A stretch of DNA of 64,000 nt from Deltaproteobacteria bacterium (GTDB lineage: Bacteria; Desulfobacterota; Desulfobacteria; Desulfobacterales; JAFDMD01), in assembly GCA_019306065.1 (NCBI GenBank), contig JAFDMF010000008.1:26430-90429 (forward strand), read 5' to 3'. The translations under genes and the position numbers were made by a program. The notes below the pieces were generated by a model that worked only from the letters and a program-made list of their open reading frames with translations, did not search any database and was not told where the DNA came from. This document shows, one piece after another, positions 1-8,372 of the stretch (positions are counted from its first letter, which is position 1; every line of letters begins with the position of its first letter).

Positions 1-810
1 CATAACACAATAGGCATAGACCTTGTAGCAATGTGCGTAAACGACATCATAAGATACGGCGCAAATCCTCTTGTATTTTCAAATTACATATCTGCAAACC
101 GCCTTAATATAAAAATAGCAAAACAGATAATAAAAGGAATAAAACAAGGATGCAAACAAGCTCAAACCACCCTAATAGGCGGCGAAACCGCAGAAATGCC
201 AAATCATTACCAAAACAACGGATACGATCTTGCAGGGTTTGCCGCGGGAGCGGCAGATAAAGCCGAAATAATAGACGGATTACAAATAAAAGCCGGCGAT
301 CAAATAGTAGGAATAGCCTCTTCTGGGCTTCACAGCAACGGATATTCGCTGGCAAGAAAGATATGTTTTGATATACTTAAATTAAAAATAGATACATATA
401 TCCCGGAACTATCCAAAACCATAGGCGAAGAGCTGCTTATTCCTACAAAAATATATGTTAAAACATTAAAAACAATACTTGCAAAAAACAAAATAAACGG
501 ATGCGCTCATATTACCGGAGGCGGAATAATAAGAAACCTTGCCAAAATCATCCCGCAACGATATAAAGCGGTTATACGAAAAAAAACTTGGGATATCCCC
601 TTTATATTTAATTATTTAAAAAAAAACGGCAAAATAACAAATAATGAAATGCCAAACGTTTTTAACAACGGAATAGGATTTATATTAATAAGTTCTAAAA
701 ACCAACTTGACGATATACTTACAAACATTTATAAAGCAAACAATAAAGCCTATTTAATAGGAGAAATATCAAATAAAAAAAATGGGGAAAATGCCGTTGC
801 TATGATATAA
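1..810 (+). CDS. purM: Phosphoribosylformylglycinamidine cyclo-ligase (AIR synthetase), 5'-truncated by the window edge
   Basis: Frame is open from nt 1 (HNTIGIDLVAMCVNDI...). PurM-like motifs include LIGGETAEMP and HITGGG. The tracked ORF 31..810 is the internal-ATG version. Confidence 0.9.
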   Translation, partial: HNTIGIDLVAMCVNDIIRYGANPLVFSNYISANRLNIKIAKQIIKGIKQGCKQAQTTLIGGETAEMPNHYQNNGYDLAGFAAGAADKAEIIDGLQIKAGDQIVGIASSGLHSNGYSLARKICFDILKLKIDTYIPELSKTIGEELLIPTKIYVKTLKTILAKNKINGCAHITGGGIIRNLAKIIPQRYKAVIRKKTWDIPFIFNYLKKNGKITNNEMPNVFNNGIGFILISSKNQLDDILTNIYKANNKAYLIGEISNKKNGENAVAMI

Positions 811-910
811 GAAACGGTAAAAAACCCGCAAAAAATAACAAATACTTTCTGAAATAGAATAGAAGCTGAAATAACCAAGAACCGGAGAACTGACATGAAA
901 AAAAAAATTA

Positions 911-959
911 CATACCATACCCTTTTGCTTATTCGCAATTTCCATACCATACCTTTTTT
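911..959. repeat. Two direct copies of CATACCATACC(C)TTTT about 32 bp apart, upstream of the autotransporter gene
   Basis: Copies read directly at 911-926 and 943-959. Position about 110-160 bp upstream of the 1071/1089 start suggests a regulator-binding site. Confidence 0.4.
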
Positions 960-1070
960 ACTACAAATACCTGTTTAAAATTTTCAACGGCATCGGAAAT
1001 ATATAAACGCCGCTAACAATATCTTAATATTCATTTTTTTTCCAATAAAATTCCGGCTCAAACTGCAAAA

Positions 1071-3710
1071 ATGGAGAATCCACTCGTTATGAAGAAAAAA
1101 ATAACTCTTTACTTGCTTGTTATATCGACCTTTTTTATACCGTCTCTTTTTGCCAAAGATTACGTCAATAACACATCCATAGAGATCACCGCACCTTGTT
1201 GTAACGCTAACGCTATAACGCTGGAGGACGGCGATAATTATACCAATACAAAAACAGGCAACATTACAATTACAGAAATTCTTTATAATAGCGGAATCGA
1301 TAGCCTACCTGGTATGAGCATAGAGATGAAAGGCGGCCATTTTATAAACGAAGGAACTATTCAGTTATTCAATAGAGTATTTATACAGAACAGTAGTACG
1401 TTTGAGAATAAAGGCACATTATTGAGTGGTGTAAAGGGAGAAATTGGACGAGATACTATAGGAATAAGCACTGGCAGAAGTAATTTTATAAACGAAGGCA
1501 ACGTAACAATGAAGCTGGTCATGATGAGAGGTTACAGCAATAATTTGTTGACGTTGCACAATAAGGCTACAGGCAACTTCATTCTCCGTGATGGGATTGC
1601 AGTCAACGTAACAGGAAAAACACTAATTGAAAACGAAGGGAATATGACAATATACATGATACGGCTCATAACGGGCGAGCTCTATGACATGCAGGGTAAA
1701 TCTCCCGATCATAGAATTAAGAATACGGGTAATTTGACTATGCTAGAAGGCATAGAGGTTGAAGACAACTCCGGGCTTAATTTTATAAACGAAGGAAATT
1801 GTACCATAGGGGGGAGTATTATCGAAGATGACATAGGAGGCATAGACGCCAGTGACTCTATACCCGAATATCGCCACAAGAACCGAGAACCACAAAATAC
1901 TCCTACTCCTTTCGCTATTGTCGATATTAACAACTCAGGCACCCTTACCCTTCATTCGTCCCATAAAGATGTTCGGTCAAGCATAACCTTGTCAAATCAA
2001 GACGATATCTTTACAAATACAGGCTTATTAGATCTAAGCCATGGTATAGACGGAGGGGACGGCACAGACACATTTACTTTGGGAAGCGATAGAATCGATT
2101 CTTTTGATAAACATATTATAAACTTTGAAAACATTAATAAAAACGATTCCGGAACATGGAATTTAGAAGGAAACATATCAGGCGCGCAAAACATCAATAT
2201 CAACCGAGGCAAGCTTAATTTCAGCGGCTCTTTGGACGTAAACAAAACTCTTACGGTAAACGGAGATTTAAATTTAAGCGGCTCCCTTATAATAGATATA
2301 AGCAATACAAGCGCGGATATTGTTAATATCTCCGGCGAGGCTAACATAGCCTACGGAGAATTAATTATACAAATGACGGCGGATACAAACCTGTCCGAAG
2401 AATGGGAAATGCCAATATTAACCGCAGGAACCCTTAACCAGCAATTTAATTCATATTCGTATAATTCTTTGTTTCACGAGTTGCAACTTGATTATAATAC
2501 AAATCAAATAATTTTAAAAAACATAAAGGGCCCTTCTCTTTTAAGCCTTTGCGCGGCGCTAAATCCTTCGGAAAACATAGCCTCATTAATAGACAACCTT
2601 AAAAAAGGAAAAAGTATCGAGCCTGCAAACCGGCTTATTACCAAAATATACTCCTTAACAACCAAAGCGCAGCTATGCCGAACCGTAAAATCCCTTTCGC
2701 CGGAACCTTTGGCTTCCGCAGCTGCGGGAAGCAGAGCAAACCTGTCGGCTCATCTTAAAAACATATCCGCCAGACTTGGCTATTATCATGTTCCGAAACA
2801 GCCTCAAAACAACTTTGCAGGGCTTGTTTCCGATCATTTCGGAATTTTAAATCTAAATAACAACATAGGCGAGGCTCCAGCATCTTTATGGATCAGACAG
2901 ACTTACGGCAAATCGGAACAAGACGCCGATACCCGAAACATAGGATTTGATACAAACAGCATGGGAATTAGCATAGGCAAAGATTACCTGTTCGGCAGTT
3001 TCCTTTTTGGGATAAGCGGCGGTTATTTCAACACAGACATTCAATATGATACCGGTTTTTCGGAAGGAGACATAACAAGCTACAACATAAGCGCTTACGG
3101 AAGCTATGCTATGGATACATATTATATAGATTCAATACTAACCTATTCCAATCATAATTATGACATCAACAGAAATATCATAATAGAAAGCCTTGCGGAA
3201 ACCGCAAATGCAAACTGGAATGCTTACCAATACAGCGCATACATAGAAGGCGGATACAAAATACCCTTTAAAAACAATATCCGGCTTACGCCGATTATAA
3301 ATCTGGAATACTCCGATTACAGCCACAACTCCTTTACCGAAACAGGTTCGATTGCAAACCTTGTCGTATCCGAGACAAACTACTACTCCTTAATATCAGG
3401 AATCGGCTTAACCTTGGAAAAAAGCTTCGATTATCAAGACTGGATATTGCAACCGCACATCTCTTGTATGTTAAAACATAACTTTTCAGACGTTATAAAC
3501 AATATCCAAACCGAATTTTCAAACCTTTCAAACAATGTCGGATCATTTACAATATCCGGCTACGATCAGGGAGCAAACAACTATACATTAGGATTAGGAC
3601 TTCGCGCCTATACAAATAATAACCTTCAAATACATTTCAACTACGATTTCACGGCAAGAAACAACTCCGTTTCGCACGAATTAGGCTTCGGATTGAAATT
3701 CTACTTCTAA
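1071..3710 (+). CDS. Autotransporter outer-membrane protein (passenger with repeated xFINEGN motifs plus C-terminal beta-barrel)
   Basis: Signal peptide MKKKITLYLLVISTFFIPSLFA. Repeated FINEGT/FINEGN/IENEGN passenger motifs. C-terminal about 270 aa has alternating aromatic beta-strand pattern and ends ...GFGLKFYF. Start may be ATG 1089 (GGAG at 1073-1076). Confidence 0.85.
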   Translation: MENPLVMKKKITLYLLVISTFFIPSLFAKDYVNNTSIEITAPCCNANAITLEDGDNYTNTKTGNITITEILYNSGIDSLPGMSIEMKGGHFINEGTIQLFNRVFIQNSSTFENKGTLLSGVKGEIGRDTIGISTGRSNFINEGNVTMKLVMMRGYSNNLLTLHNKATGNFILRDGIAVNVTGKTLIENEGNMTIYMIRLITGELYDMQGKSPDHRIKNTGNLTMLEGIEVEDNSGLNFINEGNCTIGGSIIEDDIGGIDASDSIPEYRHKNREPQNTPTPFAIVDINNSGTLTLHSSHKDVRSSITLSNQDDIFTNTGLLDLSHGIDGGDGTDTFTLGSDRIDSFDKHIINFENINKNDSGTWNLEGNISGAQNININRGKLNFSGSLDVNKTLTVNGDLNLSGSLIIDISNTSADIVNISGEANIAYGELIIQMTADTNLSEEWEMPILTAGTLNQQFNSYSYNSLFHELQLDYNTNQIILKNIKGPSLLSLCAALNPSENIASLIDNLKKGKSIEPANRLITKIYSLTTKAQLCRTVKSLSPEPLASAAAGSRANLSAHLKNISARLGYYHVPKQPQNNFAGLVSDHFGILNLNNNIGEAPASLWIRQTYGKSEQDADTRNIGFDTNSMGISIGKDYLFGSFLFGISGGYFNTDIQYDTGFSEGDITSYNISAYGSYAMDTYYIDSILTYSNHNYDINRNIIIESLAETANANWNAYQYSAYIEGGYKIPFKNNIRLTPIINLEYSDYSHNSFTETGSIANLVVSETNYYSLISGIGLTLEKSFDYQDWILQPHISCMLKHNFSDVINNIQTEFSNLSNNVGSFTISGYDQGANNYTLGLGLRAYTNNNLQIHFNYDFTARNNSVSHELGFGLKFYF

Positions 3711-3740
3711 CAACAAAAAAGGGAAGAAGGAAGAAAGGCG

Positions 3741-3770
3741 GTAGAGACATTGCACATGCTACGTCTCTAC
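3741..3770. repeat. GTAGAGAC...GTCTCTAC hairpin (REP-like, family C)
   Basis: gtagagacattgcacatgctacgtctctac. Same arms as the hairpins at 26328 and 32463. Confidence 0.7.
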
Positions 3771-3896
3771 AATATTATTAGCGCAAAAACTTATTTAAAA
3801 CAAAAGGCAATGACGATAGATACAAAGGAAGATAGGTTTATTACTTATCTTATAATTTCGGGGAAAGTTCGCTTTTTAATATTCTGAGCAGGCGCG

Positions 3897-4367
3897 TTGG
3901 CTACCCTTTTAACATACTATTTCAACAACCCCGTATCCGAAGCCGAATTATTAGATGATATACTTAAACACATTCCGACGGAATTAATCAAAAGCAGAAA
4001 AAAAGACGGATTATCTTTATTCGATCTAAAACAGGCTGCCGAAAGAAAAGGGTATAAAGCGTATGGAGTAAAATTAAAAAACTCATCTTTATTAAAACTT
4101 TCCGTCCCCATTCTAATATATTTGGAAACCGAAGATTACAAACATTTTGCAATATTAAAAGGTATAAAAGAGGATAGATTCTTTTTGGCGGATCCAAGAA
4201 GAGGAAACATAAGAATATCTGCGGATAGATTTATTAAAGAATGGAAAGGCAAGCTTGCTTTGGTTCTTTATAAAAAAAATTACAAACCCCAAAAACATAA
4301 CTTATCCATAGCCGAAAAAATTCTTTTAAGACCGGAACTTAAAGCGGTTAAGATAACCGGCTTTTAA
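3897..4367 (+). CDS. C39-like cysteine peptidase domain protein; reading frame continues upstream through a TGA at the expected catalytic-Cys position
   Basis: C39 hallmarks: ...LATLLTYYF..., His in DYKHFAILKG, Asp in FLADPRRG, then FIKEWKGKLALVL. Upstream in frame: ATG 3810 ...FLIF-TGA(3885-3887)-AGALATLL. Confidence 0.6.
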   Translation: MATLLTYYFNNPVSEAELLDDILKHIPTELIKSRKKDGLSLFDLKQAAERKGYKAYGVKLKNSSLLKLSVPILIYLETEDYKHFAILKGIKEDRFFLADPRRGNIRISADRFIKEWKGKLALVLYKKNYKPQKHNLSIAEKILLRPELKAVKITGF

Positions 4368-4416
4368 TAAAGATTAATCCGTATAATATATTAAGAAAGT
4401 GATGTAAAAAAAAAAT

Positions 4417-4749
4417 ATGTCATCTCAAGAATGGATGTTTAGCCCGGGTCTGCTGTTAGGTCTTTTTTGGATAGAGATATTATACTTTCTTGAAAAGAGA
4501 GAGAAAAAAATTTCAATCTTTATGACTTTTGTATATATGTTTCTATATTTAACGATAGTATCGGCATTTGATAGATATATCTTAAAAACGCTACACTATA
4601 CCTCTTTTTCAACGGATATAGCAGTAATGTTTTGTTTATCATTAATGATAATCGGATTTGTAAAGCTTGCAAGAATTTATGAAAAGAAAAAAATAGAAAC
4701 AAATAATGGTTTAAGAAGGAGAGTATATTATGTTGAAAGTAGCTTTTGA
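4417..4749 (+). CDS. Hypothetical small membrane protein
   Basis: 110-aa ORF with about 3 hydrophobic segments. No recognisable motif. Confidence 0.4.
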   Translation: MSSQEWMFSPGLLLGLFWIEILYFLEKREKKISIFMTFVYMFLYLTIVSAFDRYILKTLHYTSFSTDIAVMFCLSLMIIGFVKLARIYEKKKIETNNGLRRRVYYVESSF

Positions 4750-5233
4750 TCTTTTATTATTGCGCAAGCATCCAATGGAAGACTTTAATTTTTCTGTTCG
4801 ACACAGTATCATACTTATTACTATACTCGGCGCGCTTACGGGGCTTGGAGATTTTAATACGAGTATTCTTAACCCATTGGCAAGAATATTTATAGGCTTG
4901 GGGACGACTTGGTTTGTTTTCTTTTTTGGGGTTAAGTTCATTGGATGGTGGTTAAAAAAAAAACAATACTGGAACAAAGAAGGCAGTTTATTTAATGTTT
5001 TGGCGGCAGCCTCGCTTATAGATATAGTTTCGGCGGCTCTTACTGTTTGCGGTTTACCTCTCTTGATTACATTGCCTCTACATATATACTCTTTGATAGT
5101 ATTCGGCAATGCAGTTAAAGGGGCTACAAACAGCGGGCTTGGTTATGCTATATTAGGGCTCGTATTGTGGACGATTGTTGTTATGGTTATTGTTGTTATA
5201 ATCGGATTAGCGCGCGGTTTTCTTTTTTTATAA
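4730..5233 (+). CDS. Yip1-like multi-pass membrane protein
   Basis: 167 aa with 4-5 predicted TM helices in a Yip1-domain-like arrangement. Overlaps the preceding ORF by 20 nt. Confidence 0.5.
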   Translation: MLKVAFDLLLLRKHPMEDFNFSVRHSIILITILGALTGLGDFNTSILNPLARIFIGLGTTWFVFFFGVKFIGWWLKKKQYWNKEGSLFNVLAAASLIDIVSAALTVCGLPLLITLPLHIYSLIVFGNAVKGATNSGLGYAILGLVLWTIVVMVIVVIIGLARGFLFL

Positions 5234-5260
5234 CCGAGTTAAAAACATTTTATTAAACCC

Positions 5261-5289
5261 TTGACATCCCCAGCGCTAAATATTATCAA
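5261..5289 (+). promoter_or_regulatory. Sigma70-like promoter candidate (TTGACA-N17-TATCAA) for the aminotransferase gene
   Basis: TTGACA at 5261-5266 and TATCAA at 5284-5289, about 40 nt upstream of ATG 5328. Confidence 0.35.
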
Positions 5290-5327
5290 CTTTAAACAAA
5301 TCAACTCTGACAACCGGAAGAAACAAA

Positions 5328-6473
5328 ATGTCCGCAAACAAAACAGACGCAATAACCCCGTTTCTTGTTATGGAAATACTTGAAAAAGCCCAACAAATGG
5401 AAAAAAAAGGGGCAAACATAATACATCTTGAAATAGGCGAGCCGGATTTCAACATACCAAAACCTGTATCCGCAGCAATAACGGAAGCGCTTAATCAAGG
5501 CAACACCCATTATACAAGCAGCCTCGGCATAATTGAATTAAGAGAAGAAATAGCAAAACAGTATGCGAATCAATACAAGGTATCGGTCAATCCGCAGCAA
5601 ATAATAGTTACATCCGGCACGTCTACGGCGCTGCTTTTAATACTCGGATCTTTGATTAAAGAAAAAGATGAAGTGATAATATCGGATCCTCATTATGCTT
5701 GTTATCCGAACTTTATAAAGTTTTTAAACGCAAAGCCTGTATCCATAAAAGTTTACGAAGAGAACGGCTTTCAATACAAGCCGGAAGCAATAAAAAAAAA
5801 AATAACCGAAAAAACCAAAGCAATAATAATAAATTCCCCTTCTAATCCTACGGGAAATATTCTTGAAAAAGAAACAATGGAAGAAATAGCAAAATTTGCT
5901 CCGCCCGTAATATCGGACGAAATATATCATGGGCTTGTTTATGAAAAAAAAGCGCATTCCATACTTGAATTTACACAAAACGCCTTTGTTTTAAACGGAT
6001 TTTCAAAACTATACGCTATGACAGGATTAAGGCTCGGATATATAATAGCGCCGCAACAATTTGTTCGCCAAATACAAAAACTACATCAAAACCTTTTTAT
6101 ATGCGCAAACTCCGCAGTTCAAAAAGGAGGGATTGCGGCTTTAACAAAAGCAAAAAAAGAGGCGGACGAGATGAAAGCAGTTTATAACAAAAGAAGAATT
6201 TACACAATAAACAGGCTAAAACAACTCGGCTTTGGCATAACGGTTGCGCCTCAAGGCGCATTTTATGTATTTGCAAATGCAAAGCATATATCTACAGACT
6301 CTTACGCGCTTGCTTTAGACATTTTACAAAAGGCTCATGTAGGCGTAGCCCCGGGAATAGACTTCGGAAAAAACGGAGAAGGCTATTTGCGGTTTTCTTA
6401 TGCCAATTCCATAAACAACATAATCGAAGGATTGGACCGTATAGAAAAATATCTTAAAAAGAGCGTTGCATAA
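5328..6473 (+). CDS. Class I/II pyridoxal-phosphate-dependent aminotransferase (AspC-like)
   Basis: IHLEIGEPDF, INSPSNPTG, GFSKLYAMTGLRLGY (PLP-Lys region) and LRFSYA C-terminal motif. Confidence 0.9.
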   Translation: MSANKTDAITPFLVMEILEKAQQMEKKGANIIHLEIGEPDFNIPKPVSAAITEALNQGNTHYTSSLGIIELREEIAKQYANQYKVSVNPQQIIVTSGTSTALLLILGSLIKEKDEVIISDPHYACYPNFIKFLNAKPVSIKVYEENGFQYKPEAIKKKITEKTKAIIINSPSNPTGNILEKETMEEIAKFAPPVISDEIYHGLVYEKKAHSILEFTQNAFVLNGFSKLYAMTGLRLGYIIAPQQFVRQIQKLHQNLFICANSAVQKGGIAALTKAKKEADEMKAVYNKRRIYTINRLKQLGFGITVAPQGAFYVFANAKHISTDSYALALDILQKAHVGVAPGIDFGKNGEGYLRFSYANSINNIIEGLDRIEKYLKKSVA

Positions 6474-6514
6474 CTTCGTATTTTGCCAGTTTTCGGCATT
6501 ATGCAACGCTCTTA
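6460..6514 (+). terminator. Long hairpin overlapping the aminotransferase stop codon
   Basis: aagagcgttgcataa (6460-6474) pairs perfectly with ttatgcaacgctctt (6500-6514). No clear T-run follows. Confidence 0.45.
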
Positions 6515-6732
6515 ACTACATTATAAACTTATGCAACCAAAATTAAGACACAAAAAAAAATGATTATTACAATATTTCGCGCCTAACGGCGCTAATAATT
6601 CTTTTTCTATAAATATTTAATCCATAAATGGAATTTGCCAATCTAAACGTCCCGTAAGGACGAAATATTAAAATCTAATTATAAACAGAGGAAATCTCAT
6701 AATAAAAATATAAAAAAAATTTCGGAGCAACC

Positions 6733-8142
6733 ATGACATACATTCTTAAAAAAAAAACAGCAACAAATAACATAAGAAAAGCGGTTCATTCCGGAAGTTT
6801 CTATCCGTCAGATAAAAAAAATCTTATCGAGACAATAGAAAACCTAATAAATGCAGCGGAAAAAAACCTTTGCGCCCTTCCCGCAAACAAAAACCTTAAA
6901 GCTTTAATATTTCCACACGCAGGATATATATATTCCGGACTTACCGCAGCCCATTGCGCATCCCTTTTAAAAAAAGAAAGCTTTACAGATGTCATACTAC
7001 TGGGGCCCGATCATAAAATAGGCTTTAAAAACTGCTGCACAAGCGAGGCAAAGGCTTATCAAACCCCGCTCGGCTCAGTTTCGCTTAACAAAGAGAAAAT
7101 AAAAAAACTGCTATCCGATACAAAAACATTCCAATACATAAAAACATCAGACACAACCGAACATTGCTTAGAAGTAATACTTCCGTTTCTTCAAAACTCG
7201 CTCTGTCAATTTAAACTTGTTCCCATAGTTATGGGAACGGGAAACATCTTTGAATATGCCGAGGCAATAAACCGAATAACCGATAAAAACGCTCTTATCG
7301 TGGTAAGCGCAGACCTGTCTCATTACCTTGATTACGATACTGCGGTTAAAAAAGATAAAAATACCATAAAAAACATATTAAACCTTAACTCCGAACAGCT
7401 TATAAAAGAAAAAAACAACACCTGCGGAATAACTCCTGTTTTAACCCTTATTGAAATCGCTAAAAAAAACAACTGGGACCCGATCTTACTACATTATTCA
7501 AACAGCGGAGATACTGTAGGAGACCAAAATCAGGTAGTAGGATATGCGGCAATAGCCTTTTATCAAAATACCGAAGAACAACTTGATAAAAACCAAAAAC
7601 AGCTTCTGCTTAAACTTGCAAGACAAACAATTGCAAAAAAATTCGGACAAGAGGAACAAGACCTTCAAGAAAAACCAACGCCGAAAAACAGCCTCCTTAA
7701 CAAAATAGGCGGAACATTTGTTACCCTATATATCAATAACAGCCTGCGCAGCTGCATAGGAAACATAGTTTCGGATCTGCCGATAATAGAAGGCATAAAA
7801 AATAACGCTATAAACGCCGCCTTTAAAGACCCCAGATTTCCTCCCTTAACCGAAAAGGAATTGGATAAAATAAAAATAGAAATAAGCATTCTTACGGAAC
7901 CAAAACCATTAACATATTTAAATGCCGAAGATTTAATATCAAAGTTAAAAAAAAATATAGACGGAGTTATACTGCGCAAAGGAATAAAAAGCGCTACGTT
8001 TCTGCCTCAGGTATGGGAACAGCTTCCGGAGCCCAAACAATTCCTTTCGCATCTTTGCGTAAAAGCAGGGCTTTTGTCCGAAGCTTGGATTACGGATAAA
8101 CCGGACATCTTTGTTTATAATGCAGAGCATTTTCAAGAATAA
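6733..8142 (+). CDS. Fusion of a Memo-like protein (AmmeMemoRadiSam system protein B) with an AMMECR1 domain (protein A)
   Basis: N-terminal half has FPHAGYIYSG, LGPDH and SADLSHY (Memo/dioxygenase-like). C-terminal half has GTFVTLY...LRSCIGN and ATFLPQVWE (AMMECR1). Confidence 0.85.
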   Translation: MTYILKKKTATNNIRKAVHSGSFYPSDKKNLIETIENLINAAEKNLCALPANKNLKALIFPHAGYIYSGLTAAHCASLLKKESFTDVILLGPDHKIGFKNCCTSEAKAYQTPLGSVSLNKEKIKKLLSDTKTFQYIKTSDTTEHCLEVILPFLQNSLCQFKLVPIVMGTGNIFEYAEAINRITDKNALIVVSADLSHYLDYDTAVKKDKNTIKNILNLNSEQLIKEKNNTCGITPVLTLIEIAKKNNWDPILLHYSNSGDTVGDQNQVVGYAAIAFYQNTEEQLDKNQKQLLLKLARQTIAKKFGQEEQDLQEKPTPKNSLLNKIGGTFVTLYINNSLRSCIGNIVSDLPIIEGIKNNAINAAFKDPRFPPLTEKELDKIKIEISILTEPKPLTYLNAEDLISKLKKNIDGVILRKGIKSATFLPQVWEQLPEPKQFLSHLCVKAGLLSEAWITDKPDIFVYNAEHFQE

Positions 8143-8146
8143 AAAA

Positions 8147-8284
8147 GTTCGCTGTATAACAAAGTGGTTTGCCCAATTTCGGCGTTGGATAAAAATTTTA
8201 ATCCTCGAAATACTTTAAGTATTCCTGCGGTTAAAATTTTTATCCGCCTTGCACTTGAACAAACTACTTTGTTATACAGCGAAC
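8147..8284. repeat. About 138-bp palindromic MITE-like element (family A), copy 1
   Basis: Perfect 19-bp terminal inverted repeats: gttcgctgtataacaaagt (8147-8165) and actttgttatacagcgaac (8266-8284). Internal arms ggataaaaattttaa/ttaaaatttttatcc. Homologous copies at 56273-56403 and, degenerate, at 39704-39838. Confidence 0.75.
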
Positions 8285-8287
8285 TTT

Positions 8288-8329
8288 CATCCTGTCATTT
8301 CGAGCAAAGCAAAAAATCCCTTTATTATT
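8288..8329. repeat. Short intergenic repeat unit (family B', CATCCTGTCATTTC...AAATCCCTTTATTA)
   Basis: Near-identical to 34740-34780. Related to the GTCATTTCGA...GAGGAGAAATCTCATAAT units elsewhere. Confidence 0.7.
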
Positions 8330-8372
8330 TCGGATAATCATCTTTTTTTGTAATTAACTACCTTTAATAAGA

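Noticed and set aside
895-980. Small ORF starting MKKKITYHTLLL... upstream of the autotransporter
   Set aside because: It has no ribosome-binding site, and its sequence is dominated by the A-run and the CATACCATACC direct repeats. This is more likely regulatory DNA.
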